23,584 bases of DNA from Promethearchaeota archaeon. Lineage in GTDB: Archaea; Asgardarchaeota; Lokiarchaeia; Sigyniarchaeales; SOKP01. The notes below the pieces were generated by a model. It saw nothing but the letters and a program-made list of their open reading frames with translations. It was not told where the DNA came from and searched no databases. This document shows positions 8,686 through 17,301 of this stretch, in pieces. The DNA lies in NCBI GenBank assembly GCA_019058015.1, contig JAHLWH010000222.1:1-23584 (forward strand), in the 5' to 3' direction. The translations under genes were made by a program, and so were the position numbers. Position 1 is the first letter of the stretch, and every line of letters begins with the position of its first letter.

Positions 8686-10143
8686 ATGGTAGATATTAAT
8701 CCAAAATATATTGATAAGGAAGAATTAGAAGGAATCTCATCTGATATTTCCTTAGAAGAAATAGAGAATTTTGATAAACATTCACTAAATAATTTTGTTG
8801 AGCTTAAAACAATAATCGAAGCGAAAGAGCCTGGCTCACCCTGGGTTATTGTAAAAGATAATAAAACCGGTGAACGAGAAGAGATTTTTGATTGTACATC
8901 AATGAATTGGACTCTTGCCTTAGGATTTGCACAACCGGATGTTAATTATGCTGTATATGAACAGATGAAAAGATTAACTCACGTAAGATCAGGTTGTTTA
9001 ACGCCAGCTCGTGCAAAATTTTGCAATAAACTAGCTGAACTAGCACCTGGGAAGTTAAAAGGTGGGAGAGTAGTAATAAATAATCAAGGTGGAGGACTGG
9101 CTCTTGAGTCTGCAATAAAACTGGCAATAATTGCAGGGAGAGGTGCAGATCATTTCTTAACATTTTTCCATGGATATCACGGTACATCATTAGTAACAAC
9201 AGGTGCTTCCCAACCGTTTCATGCAGTATCAAGATTCTCTCCGTTTGGAACTGAACATTTCACTAGAGTTCCCCAACCTTATTGTTATCGATGCTTATGG
9301 AAATATAAAAATGGGATATATGGCAAAAGAGATCCACAATGTAATTTAGAATGTTTTGACTTAATCGAGAAATATCTAATGGGAATGACCCCTAAAAAGC
9401 TTATAGGAGTTATACTTGAGCCATTTCAAGCAGCAGGAGGTCACATTCCTTTTCCTCCAGAATTTCTTAAAAAATTGAAAGATATCTGTGATCGTGAAAA
9501 AATTTTTACAATATATGATGAATGTCAAACTGCTGTTTGGAGAACAGGGAAATATTTTACATTAACTGAAAAATATGAAAAAGAACTAGGAATTGATGTT
9601 TCTCCTGATATGATGATGTTTACAAAAGCAATTGGAGGGGGTTTTCCCTTAGGAGCATTGATTGTATCACCAAAAATTAAAAAGCGATACACTCCAACTG
9701 AGGAACACACTACTTTCAGTTCTACCCCGATTAGCTTAACTGCAGGTCTCGCTTCCATTAAAGTGATTGAAAAGGAAAAATTTGGAGAAAATTGTGAAGC
9801 CAGAGGAAAGCAAATTACAAAAAGGTTATTTGAACTTCAAGAAAAATATGAAGTTATAGGTGATATTCGCGGTCCAGGCTTATTCATTGGAATTGAATTA
9901 GTTAAGAATCAAAAATCCAGAGAACCTTTTACGGAATTATTAGAAGAAATGGTTTTAGAAGGACCCAAACAGCAAATCTTTTTAGGACCAAGTATGCCAA
10001 TTTTTTCTGGTACTGGACAAATGCTGATGCGAAATGTTATAAAAATCAAACCTCCATTGAATATTACTGAAGAGGACGCCGATTTTGCATGTGAAAAATT
10101 CGAGAGTGTCTTAAAAACTTCCTTAAATAACGTAAAAAAATAA
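8686..10143 (+). CDS. class III PLP-dependent enzyme (aminotransferase-III fold; possibly a phospho-lyase)
   Basis: Motifs GYHGTS, ILEPFQAAGG, YDECQTAVWRTG, FTKAIGGGFP (Schiff-base Lys), GDIRGPGLFIGIELV and NVIKIKPPL. Confidence 0.88.
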   Translation: MVDINPKYIDKEELEGISSDISLEEIENFDKHSLNNFVELKTIIEAKEPGSPWVIVKDNKTGEREEIFDCTSMNWTLALGFAQPDVNYAVYEQMKRLTHVRSGCLTPARAKFCNKLAELAPGKLKGGRVVINNQGGGLALESAIKLAIIAGRGADHFLTFFHGYHGTSLVTTGASQPFHAVSRFSPFGTEHFTRVPQPYCYRCLWKYKNGIYGKRDPQCNLECFDLIEKYLMGMTPKKLIGVILEPFQAAGGHIPFPPEFLKKLKDICDREKIFTIYDECQTAVWRTGKYFTLTEKYEKELGIDVSPDMMMFTKAIGGGFPLGALIVSPKIKKRYTPTEEHTTFSSTPISLTAGLASIKVIEKEKFGENCEARGKQITKRLFELQEKYEVIGDIRGPGLFIGIELVKNQKSREPFTELLEEMVLEGPKQQIFLGPSMPIFSGTGQMLMRNVIKIKPPLNITEEDADFACEKFESVLKTSLNNVKK

Positions 10144-10184
10144 TATATTTATAAGTGATTGACAAAAGAGGTTTAACTTAAGGG

Positions 10185-10403
10185 ATGGTTCGAGATTTTT
10201 CAAATGCATTAAAAGCATCTTCAGTTGCCGAGGAGTATGAAATTACAAGGAAACATAAGTGCGAATGTGGAGGACAATTAAAATTCATTCACCAATTATT
10301 ATTGAATAATGAAGATCGATACTATGATGAATTACAGTATGTTTGCGTTGAGTGCAATAAACAATATGAGTTTCTATTTGATATAAATAGTTTTTTTGGG
10401 TGA
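10185..10403 (+). CDS. small putative zinc-binding protein (CxC...CxxC)
   Basis: CECGG and CVEC motifs. A TATA-like TTTATAAG lies at ~10148 and a GAGGT sequence upstream of the ATG. Confidence 0.75.
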   Translation: MVRDFSNALKASSVAEEYEITRKHKCECGGQLKFIHQLLLNNEDRYYDELQYVCVECNKQYEFLFDINSFFG

Positions 10404-10612
10404 ATTTTTTAATCTTTTAAATTTCTGAATCCATCAACTTTAATTTCTTTTTTTTTCCAATATTTAATATGTCCTTAATAGTTTTACAAATTTCAATTAA
10501 TTATAAATATACAAAAGGAGTCACCTAATATTATTAAAACCTTATCTAAAGTTAATAATAGTAATTATAAAATATTTAAAAATCTAAAATGTACGATAAA
10601 CAGTGAATACTA

Positions 10613-12283
10613 ATGGAGCTCCCAGATTACATTAAAAATCGTTATTGGAAGGATTATTTACCCCCTGGAATCACCTTAGAAATTGATATACCTGAAGATA
10701 TATCCCTGGGTGATATATTTCAAAAAGGGGTAGAATATGGTGATAGAATTTCAATGGTTTTCTATGGAAAGGAATATACCTTTATAGAGCTCGATAGCTT
10801 AACAAGAAGATTTGCTGGTGCACTGTTAAAATTAGGCGTTAAAAAAGGAGATATTGTAGCTGTATGGTTACCAAATTGCCCGCATTTCAGCATTAGCTAT
10901 TTTTCCATATTATCAATTGGAGCAACCTTGACTGCTATCAGTCCATTGTTTGTTGCGAGAGAAATGTCCTATCAAATAAAAGATTCTGGAGCTAAAATTT
11001 TGATTATACTTGACAGATTTTTCCAACAATATAATAAAGTTAAAGATGAGCTACCGCTAGAAAAAGTAATTCTCATCAATATTGAAGGTCAAACTCCAAA
11101 AGAACCAGAAACTAATAAAATTGTTCATTTTAATACTTTAATGGATCTAAATCCTGAACCCATTCAATTTTTTGAAATTGAGATTAATTCCAAGGAAGAC
11201 ATCGCTGTAATTCAATATACTGGAGGCACAACTGGATTACCAAAAGGTGCTTGTTTATCTCATTATAATATCATAGCAAATATTTTGCAAATCAAGCAAA
11301 TCTCTGATTATATGAAAGAGAAATATCTTAAGGAAGATATTCAATCAATCTCTGTGCTCCCTTGGTATCATATCTACGGACAGACCTGTGAGTTAGCAGT
11401 TGGCCCTTTAATTGGAGCAAAAGGAATCGTCTTAGCAACATTTGATCTCGGTCAAATCTTTGAAATAATGAAGAAATATAAACCAAATACGATGCTCGGT
11501 GTGCCAACTATGTTTATAAATCTTTTAAATTCACCTCTAAGTGAAAATGTAGATTTTTCTTGCTTGAAATATGTTAATGTGGGTGCAGCGCCATTACCAA
11601 TTGAGATTGCCAAAGAATGGGAAAGAAGAACTGGATTCGCCATAGGTGAAGGATATGGACTTAGTGAAACGAGTCCAGATGTGACTACTTCTCCTCCTTG
11701 GGCAAAGAAAAAATTAGGTAGCTGCGGTCATGCAGTTGCCAGCACTTTGGTGGGGATTATTAATGAGAAGTTAGAATTTTTACCGATTGGAGATGAGGGA
11801 GAATTAGTTGTATCAGGGCCTCAAGTTATGATTGGTTATCATAATAGACCTGAAGAAAATAAGAAAGTATTTTTTGAGGTGGGTGGTTATAGATGGCTGA
11901 GAACTGGTGATTTTGCAAGACTCGATGAAGAGGGATATATTTTCCTAATTGATAGAGTAAAAGATTTAATAAAATACAAAGGACACTCTGTATATCCAAG
12001 AGAAATTGAGGAGGTTCTATATGAACATCCAGCAGTTCAAGAATGTGCTGTAATAGGCGTAAAAGACCCTATCAAAGGTGAAGATATAATGGCATATATT
12101 ATTCTTAAAAGTGAATATAAAGGTAAAATCACCGAGCAAGAGATTATCGACTGGGCTAAGGAAAATATGGCGGCCTATAAATATCCTAGAACCGTGAAAT
12201 TTGTTCGGTCTTTACCAAAAAGCGCTATTGGAAAAATTTTAAGACGAGTTCTTAGAGAAAAAGAAGTTAAAAAAAGGAAATAA
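10613..12283 (+). CDS. fadD: long-chain fatty acid--CoA ligase (ANL superfamily)
   Basis: Motifs YTGGTTGLPKG, LPWYHIYG, GEGYGLSET, GPQVMIGY, RTGD, DRVKDLIK and LPKSAIGKILRR. Confidence 0.92.
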   Translation: MELPDYIKNRYWKDYLPPGITLEIDIPEDISLGDIFQKGVEYGDRISMVFYGKEYTFIELDSLTRRFAGALLKLGVKKGDIVAVWLPNCPHFSISYFSILSIGATLTAISPLFVAREMSYQIKDSGAKILIILDRFFQQYNKVKDELPLEKVILINIEGQTPKEPETNKIVHFNTLMDLNPEPIQFFEIEINSKEDIAVIQYTGGTTGLPKGACLSHYNIIANILQIKQISDYMKEKYLKEDIQSISVLPWYHIYGQTCELAVGPLIGAKGIVLATFDLGQIFEIMKKYKPNTMLGVPTMFINLLNSPLSENVDFSCLKYVNVGAAPLPIEIAKEWERRTGFAIGEGYGLSETSPDVTTSPPWAKKKLGSCGHAVASTLVGIINEKLEFLPIGDEGELVVSGPQVMIGYHNRPEENKKVFFEVGGYRWLRTGDFARLDEEGYIFLIDRVKDLIKYKGHSVYPREIEEVLYEHPAVQECAVIGVKDPIKGEDIMAYIILKSEYKGKITEQEIIDWAKENMAAYKYPRTVKFVRSLPKSAIGKILRRVLREKEVKKRK

Positions 12284-12320
12284 AACATTTGGAAATTTAT
12301 TTAAATTAAATTGTTTAAAT

Positions 12321-14165
12321 CTATAAATCCAATAGTCCCAATTCCTTTATTTTTTCTCTATTTGGCATTCCTGTTTGAGGATCCCAATTGCGAACCTCAT
12401 AATAATAATTTTTCAATTTATCAAAATCTGGTGCTTTACCCATTGACCCTCCTTCCTTAACTGGTGTAAGTAAAATTTTAGGAACATAATCATTTCTTGA
12501 ATTTAAACCCATTTTAATATTGAAAAGCCTTTTAATTGTAAAGATTCTTTCTCCGACCAATTGAATTTTTTCTAAATTAAGGTCAATTCCGAACAAACTA
12601 TTTAATAGTTCTACGAAATATGAAGGAGGTGGATTTATAAAATTACATACTATTAAACTAGAATAGAAAGCACGATAATTCTGTAATTTAGCACATGCTT
12701 CAGCCATTTTTTTATTGTTTTGGTGCATATTAATTTTATTAACTCCAACCGAAGAAAAATCTATTTCATTTCCTTTTCTTCCAATTTTATAAATGTCTCC
12801 TGTCATATGACAGGCTCCTCTTGGGCTAAATCCATAAGTTAATGACATGCCATAACAATTCCGCATATCATGGTATGGAACTTCTAAATTATTTACAGTT
12901 GCTATTTCATCTTTAGATATATTAAATCTTTCTCCTACAGCGTTAGAACCATCAGCAAGAAGATCTCCAATTCCCTCTCTAAATGCTATTTTTTCAATTA
13001 GTCTTAATAGAGAATCCGAATTACCCCATTGTAGGTTTAAATTATCAATATCTTCTTTTTTAATCTTTTTTTGATTATATAAGTAATAAAGTAATGCAAT
13101 AGATCCACTGGAACTTATCGTATCAATTCCATAATCATTACACATATAATTTGCTCTTATTATTGACAGTAGATTGTTATTTAAAATCATTGAACCAAAT
13201 CCAGCAATCGTTTCATATTCAGGCCCTTCATGTTCTGGCAGAGAATATTCCTTATTATTGACAGCTACTACTCTTCCACATCCTACAACACAATTCCAAC
13301 ATGATCTATTTTTAACTAAATATTCTTGTTTAAGGGTTTGCCCTGAAATCTTATCTATTTCACTCCATTTGCCTTGTGAGAAATATTTTATTGGTAAATC
13401 TCCTAATGAATGAGCAGATCTCATTCCTATGCTTGTGCCATATTCTCTAAAAGCTTTAGTAAAATTAGAATTCGTTATATACTTACTGATTTTTTTAACA
13501 GTTTCTTTAAATTCAGAAGGTCTTGCTATTTTTGGTTTTAAATTGTTTCCCATAACAGCTAACCCTTTTAATTTTTTAGAACCAAAAACCGCCCCCAACC
13601 CTGTTCGTCCCGCTGCTCTACCTTCAGCGGCTACTATAGCATATTTTACTAAATTTTTTCCTGCCTGCCCAATACATAAAACTCTTGCATTTGAATCATT
13701 AAATACTTTTTTTAGAATTTTATTAGATTCAATTATACCTTTACTCCAAATATATGAAGCATCACAAATTTCGGCCTTATCTTTAAATATTTTTATATAA
13801 ACTGGATGTTCTGATTTTCCGGAGATAATTATTCCATCATAACCAGCTTTTTTTAATTCCGGTCCAAAAAACCCACCACAATTAGATTCACTCCATAAAT
13901 TAGTATAAGGTGATTTTGAACAGATCACAAACCTTCCGGAAGAGGGAGCTGCTGTTCCACATAACGGTCCATTCATAATCATTATTATATTTCGAGGAGA
14001 TAAAGGATCTATCTCTTTATTAATTAACTCAAATAAATACCGACAAGCATATCCAGCACCACCTAAAAACTCTAGGGAAAAATTATGATTTAATTTTTCT
14101 TCAGATATTGATTTATCCGTTAAATTTATCTTCAAAAGTTTTCCAGTAAATCCAAAATATTCCAT
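12321..14165 (-). CDS. aor: aldehyde:ferredoxin oxidoreductase (AOR family), intact
   Basis: Motifs GFTGKLLKINL, KSPYT..SESNCGG, GRAAGRTGLGA, CWNCVVGC, GPEYET, DTISS, RGACH, LIVCNF and YYEVRNWD. Confidence 0.93.
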   Translation of the reverse strand: MEYFGFTGKLLKINLTDKSISEEKLNHNFSLEFLGGAGYACRYLFELINKEIDPLSPRNIIMIMNGPLCGTAAPSSGRFVICSKSPYTNLWSESNCGGFFGPELKKAGYDGIIISGKSEHPVYIKIFKDKAEICDASYIWSKGIIESNKILKKVFNDSNARVLCIGQAGKNLVKYAIVAAEGRAAGRTGLGAVFGSKKLKGLAVMGNNLKPKIARPSEFKETVKKISKYITNSNFTKAFREYGTSIGMRSAHSLGDLPIKYFSQGKWSEIDKISGQTLKQEYLVKNRSCWNCVVGCGRVVAVNNKEYSLPEHEGPEYETIAGFGSMILNNNLLSIIRANYMCNDYGIDTISSSGSIALLYYLYNQKKIKKEDIDNLNLQWGNSDSLLRLIEKIAFREGIGDLLADGSNAVGERFNISKDEIATVNNLEVPYHDMRNCYGMSLTYGFSPRGACHMTGDIYKIGRKGNEIDFSSVGVNKINMHQNNKKMAEACAKLQNYRAFYSSLIVCNFINPPPSYFVELLNSLFGIDLNLEKIQLVGERIFTIKRLFNIKMGLNSRNDYVPKILLTPVKEGGSMGKAPDFDKLKNYYYEVRNWDPQTGMPNREKIKELGLLDL

Positions 14166-14380
14166 TCTATTATTACCATTTATTACATTTTCTGAAGTGT
14201 TTTTTCCATTAAAAATTTAAAATAAAAGGTTATTTATTATAAAATTCAATAAATTAAATTTTTATTTCTTATTAATAAAAAGATTAAAATTTCCAGAGCT
14301 AAATTGTATCAAATAACACTTTAGATTATAACTTTTTATAAATTGCGTTTATTTTTTTTTAAGAATTAGAGAGATTAATA

Positions 14381-15172
14381 TTAAAATTTTGTAATTTCAA
14401 GTAATTTATTTTTTAATTTTTCAATTTGGTAAATATCTTCATTAGAAATAGAATGACCAATTCTTAAAATATCATTTACGATCTCTTCATCAATTTTTTC
14501 TTCAATTATGAAACCTTGTTCTATAAGATCTTTTCCCTCCTTATATAATAAAAGAATAATCTTAATATGTGCCATTAATTTTTTAAAATCGGTAAAATTA
14601 TCAATCTTATCAAATGCACTCTGGTTAAGAAAACCATTTTTAATTATTTTTGCAATAAATAGATCTAGTCGTTGATCTTCAGGTAAATTCTTTACTCCTA
14701 ATAATTGAGTAATATATTTTAAATCATTTTCCTTAGATAAAATCTCATTTACTTGTTTTCGACATTCATACCAATCGATATCTATTTCTGACCAATTAAT
14801 ATCATTCTGATTCCACCAATTTTTAATATATTCTGGATAATTAGAATATGAATTTAGCCAATTTATAGCAGGGTAGTGCTTTAAATAAGCTAATTTAGCA
14901 TCTAATGCCCAAAACGTTTGAACAACACGTTTAGTAGTTGCGGTGACTGGTTCACTAAAATCTCCACCTGGAGGGGATATAGTTCCAATTATTGTTAAAG
15001 AACCAGTTATTTCATCTCCTAAATATCTTTTCCCTAAAACTTTTACAACACCTGCTCGTTCATAAAAGCTGGAAAGTTTTGATGGTAAATAAGCAGGATA
15101 ACCCTCCTCTGCAGGCATTTCTTCCAATAAACCCGAAATTTCTCTTAAAGATTCTGCCCATCTTGAAGCACA
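14381..15172 (-). pseudogene. atpA: A/V-type ATP synthase subunit A, 5'-truncated (C-terminal ~260 aa only)
   Basis: The frame reads *CASRWAESLREISGLLEEMPAEEGYPAYLPSKLSSFYERAG...SPPGGDFSEPVT...HYPAINWLNSYS. Homology extends upstream of the listed TTG (15127) to ~15166-15169 and stops at TAG 15173-15175. The N-terminal barrel, Walker A and the Walker B Asp are absent. Confidence 0.85.
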
Positions 15173-15197
15173 CTACAAAGAAAATGTTAGAACTTCA

Positions 15198-16409
15198 ATG
15201 GATGTATTTAAGTTTAAAATTATTCCTATTATAAATGAAATTTTTTTAGAACTTTTCATTTTTTATATTGGGGGTGTTATAGATAGTTCTATTATCCTAA
15301 ATTTAAAAGAATTAAATTTGCTCCCTTTAGATTTAATTATTAAATTAAATAAGCTTAAGGAAGATTTACACAAATCTAATAAATTTGAGAATTTTCAAAA
15401 ATATATAGGCTTAATGGATAATGTATGTGGAAAATTATGTGGAAATAAGAAAGATATTGAACATTTGGAAGATATTGATAATTTAGAAATTAAACTCCAA
15501 TTAAATTATTTAATATATCGTATTATTGATTTCTTCAAACTTCAAAACAATTTTGATTTCTCTAATATTAGAACATTCATTAAAAATAATATGGAAAAAT
15601 GGTTAATTACAACACCAATAGTATCTTTAACTAATCCAGAGATTTATTATTGTGGAATCTTCTTAGCAAATGAATTGAATATTGACTTAGATAAACAAAA
15701 AATTGAAAAATTTTTAGATAATATTTATAATTCTATTATTGAAGAAACTTATACTCCACTAATTGAAGAAACTGATCAAGTATATTATTTTTTAAAAGCA
15801 TGTGAAATTGTATATGATCATATAGAGCCAAGTTATGTTCAGAAATTGATTAAAGAAGAAGAAGAGGAGTTTTACGATATTGATAATTTAAAATTAATGG
15901 AAACCAGTAAGCTTGCTGTTATTTTAAAAATTTATTCTTTATTAGAATTGCCAGAAAAATTAGAGCTGAAAAATATCGAAAAAATCTTAGAAGTTATAAA
16001 AGAAAGAATAAATGATAATGGAGTAAAACAATTTCCTGATGGGTCCATATCTTCAGAGGCAACGTATTATACCCTTTTTATACATTATATGAGAAATTCA
16101 TTAAAAACATTCGATAATACAAATTTTATAGAAAATATAATACAAAAGATATATAGAAATTTAACATTTTTAAAATTTGAAGAAGATATCAATTTTGATT
16201 TAGTTTCCGAGATTTTCTATTCCTGTGAAAGTTTGAAATGGCTGAATTGTATTGAGCATAAAGAAACACTTTCTCAGTTATCAAAATACCTCTTCCCAGA
16301 TTATATTACTGACAAAATAGCTAAAATTGGTTCATTGTCTAAAAATAATATAAAATATCGTTATTTTAAAATTGATAAAATTACAGGACATACAAAAGAA
16401 ATATTATAA
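15198..16409 (+). CDS. hypothetical helical protein, possibly 5'-truncated; weak resemblance to prenyltransferase/squalene-cyclase-type alpha-alpha repeats
   Basis: 403-aa ORF. The frame stays open upstream through the atpA junction (HYKENVRTS-M). The segment DNGVKQFPDGSISSEATYYTL resembles the repeat motif. Confidence 0.7.
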   Translation: MDVFKFKIIPIINEIFLELFIFYIGGVIDSSIILNLKELNLLPLDLIIKLNKLKEDLHKSNKFENFQKYIGLMDNVCGKLCGNKKDIEHLEDIDNLEIKLQLNYLIYRIIDFFKLQNNFDFSNIRTFIKNNMEKWLITTPIVSLTNPEIYYCGIFLANELNIDLDKQKIEKFLDNIYNSIIEETYTPLIEETDQVYYFLKACEIVYDHIEPSYVQKLIKEEEEEFYDIDNLKLMETSKLAVILKIYSLLELPEKLELKNIEKILEVIKERINDNGVKQFPDGSISSEATYYTLFIHYMRNSLKTFDNTNFIENIIQKIYRNLTFLKFEEDINFDLVSEIFYSCESLKWLNCIEHKETLSQLSKYLFPDYITDKIAKIGSLSKNNIKYRYFKIDKITGHTKEIL

Positions 16410-16644
16410 TTCCTTTTTTTAAAAGAAAAATATAATTTTTAAGTTTTAACAAAGGCTTTCTATTTCTCATAACATGTTAAAATCTAAAGATTGCCCACTT
16501 TAATCCCACATATCTTTTAGTAATATTATAAATAAAGAAAATATGAATATATGTTAATTGGAAATTATTTTAAGGTCCTCATTTTTGGAGTTTAGAATAA
16601 ATATGATTTGCTTATTAAAAAAATAGAAAAAATCGTGAATTGAA

Positions 16645-17301
16645 TTGGTTATCCAAATAAATAAAGGTTTAGAGAATTGGATTATAGAAAAAAAAAGATT
16701 TAGTGTGCTTAATGTTGGTGTAGGTGGCCAAGGTATCATTAGAACCACACAAATTCTTGCTTGGGCAGCTTTAATGGATGGCTACCAAGTTCGAACAGCT
16801 GAAACACATGGAATGGCTCAACGTGGAGGCTCTGTAAGCGCTTATCTTAGGTTTGGGCCTGAAGTTGCCAGTCCGTTGATTCCAAAGGGGTATGTTGATA
16901 TTATTTTAGCATTCGAAATTAGCGAAGCACTTCGAGTCTTTAACTTTTCTGGACCAAATACATATTTTTTCGTAAATAATAAAATCATTATACCTCCTAT
17001 GGTTAACCAGATGGGTTTTAAATATCCTTCTAACGAAAATCTGTGTCAACAATTAAAAAATTTACTTAATAATATATATTTCTTTGATGCAGACAAATTG
17101 GCATTAAAAGCTGGGACATCTAAGGCATTAAATGTTGTTATGTTAGGTATTCTTTTGGGTTCGGATAAATTACCAATTAAGGAGGATTCACTTCAACATT
17201 CAATTTTACGTTTTATTCCCAAAAAGTCTCAAGAAGTAAATCGAATTGCATTTCAATTGGGTATTGAAAAAGGAAAATCTATTAGGAGGGAATTATTATG
17301 A
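16645..17301 (+). CDS. iorB: indolepyruvate:ferredoxin oxidoreductase beta subunit
   Basis: Motifs VGVGGQG, AETHGMAQRGGSV, SPLIP.G..D, FEISEALR and NVVMLG. The start is uncertain (TTG, no ATG before the conserved region). Confidence 0.92.
   Translation: MVIQINKGLENWIIEKKRFSVLNVGVGGQGIIRTTQILAWAALMDGYQVRTAETHGMAQRGGSVSAYLRFGPEVASPLIPKGYVDIILAFEISEALRVFNFSGPNTYFFVNNKIIIPPMVNQMGFKYPSNENLCQQLKNLLNNIYFFDADKLALKAGTSKALNVVMLGILLGSDKLPIKEDSLQHSILRFIPKKSQEVNRIAFQLGIEKGKSIRRELL

Noticed and set aside
15125-15127. TTG at 15127 as the true start of a 248-aa ATPase protein
   Set aside because: The TTG is the Leu of the conserved (R/L)LEEMP motif, and homology continues 13-14 codons further upstream. It is an internal codon of a truncated gene.
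15167-16409. Intein or mobile-element insertion explaining the atpA break
   Set aside because: The break is not at the known VMA intein sites. The adjoining sequence is a gene on the opposite strand with no Hint, LAGLIDADG or transposase motifs, and the missing atpA 5' half is not in the window.
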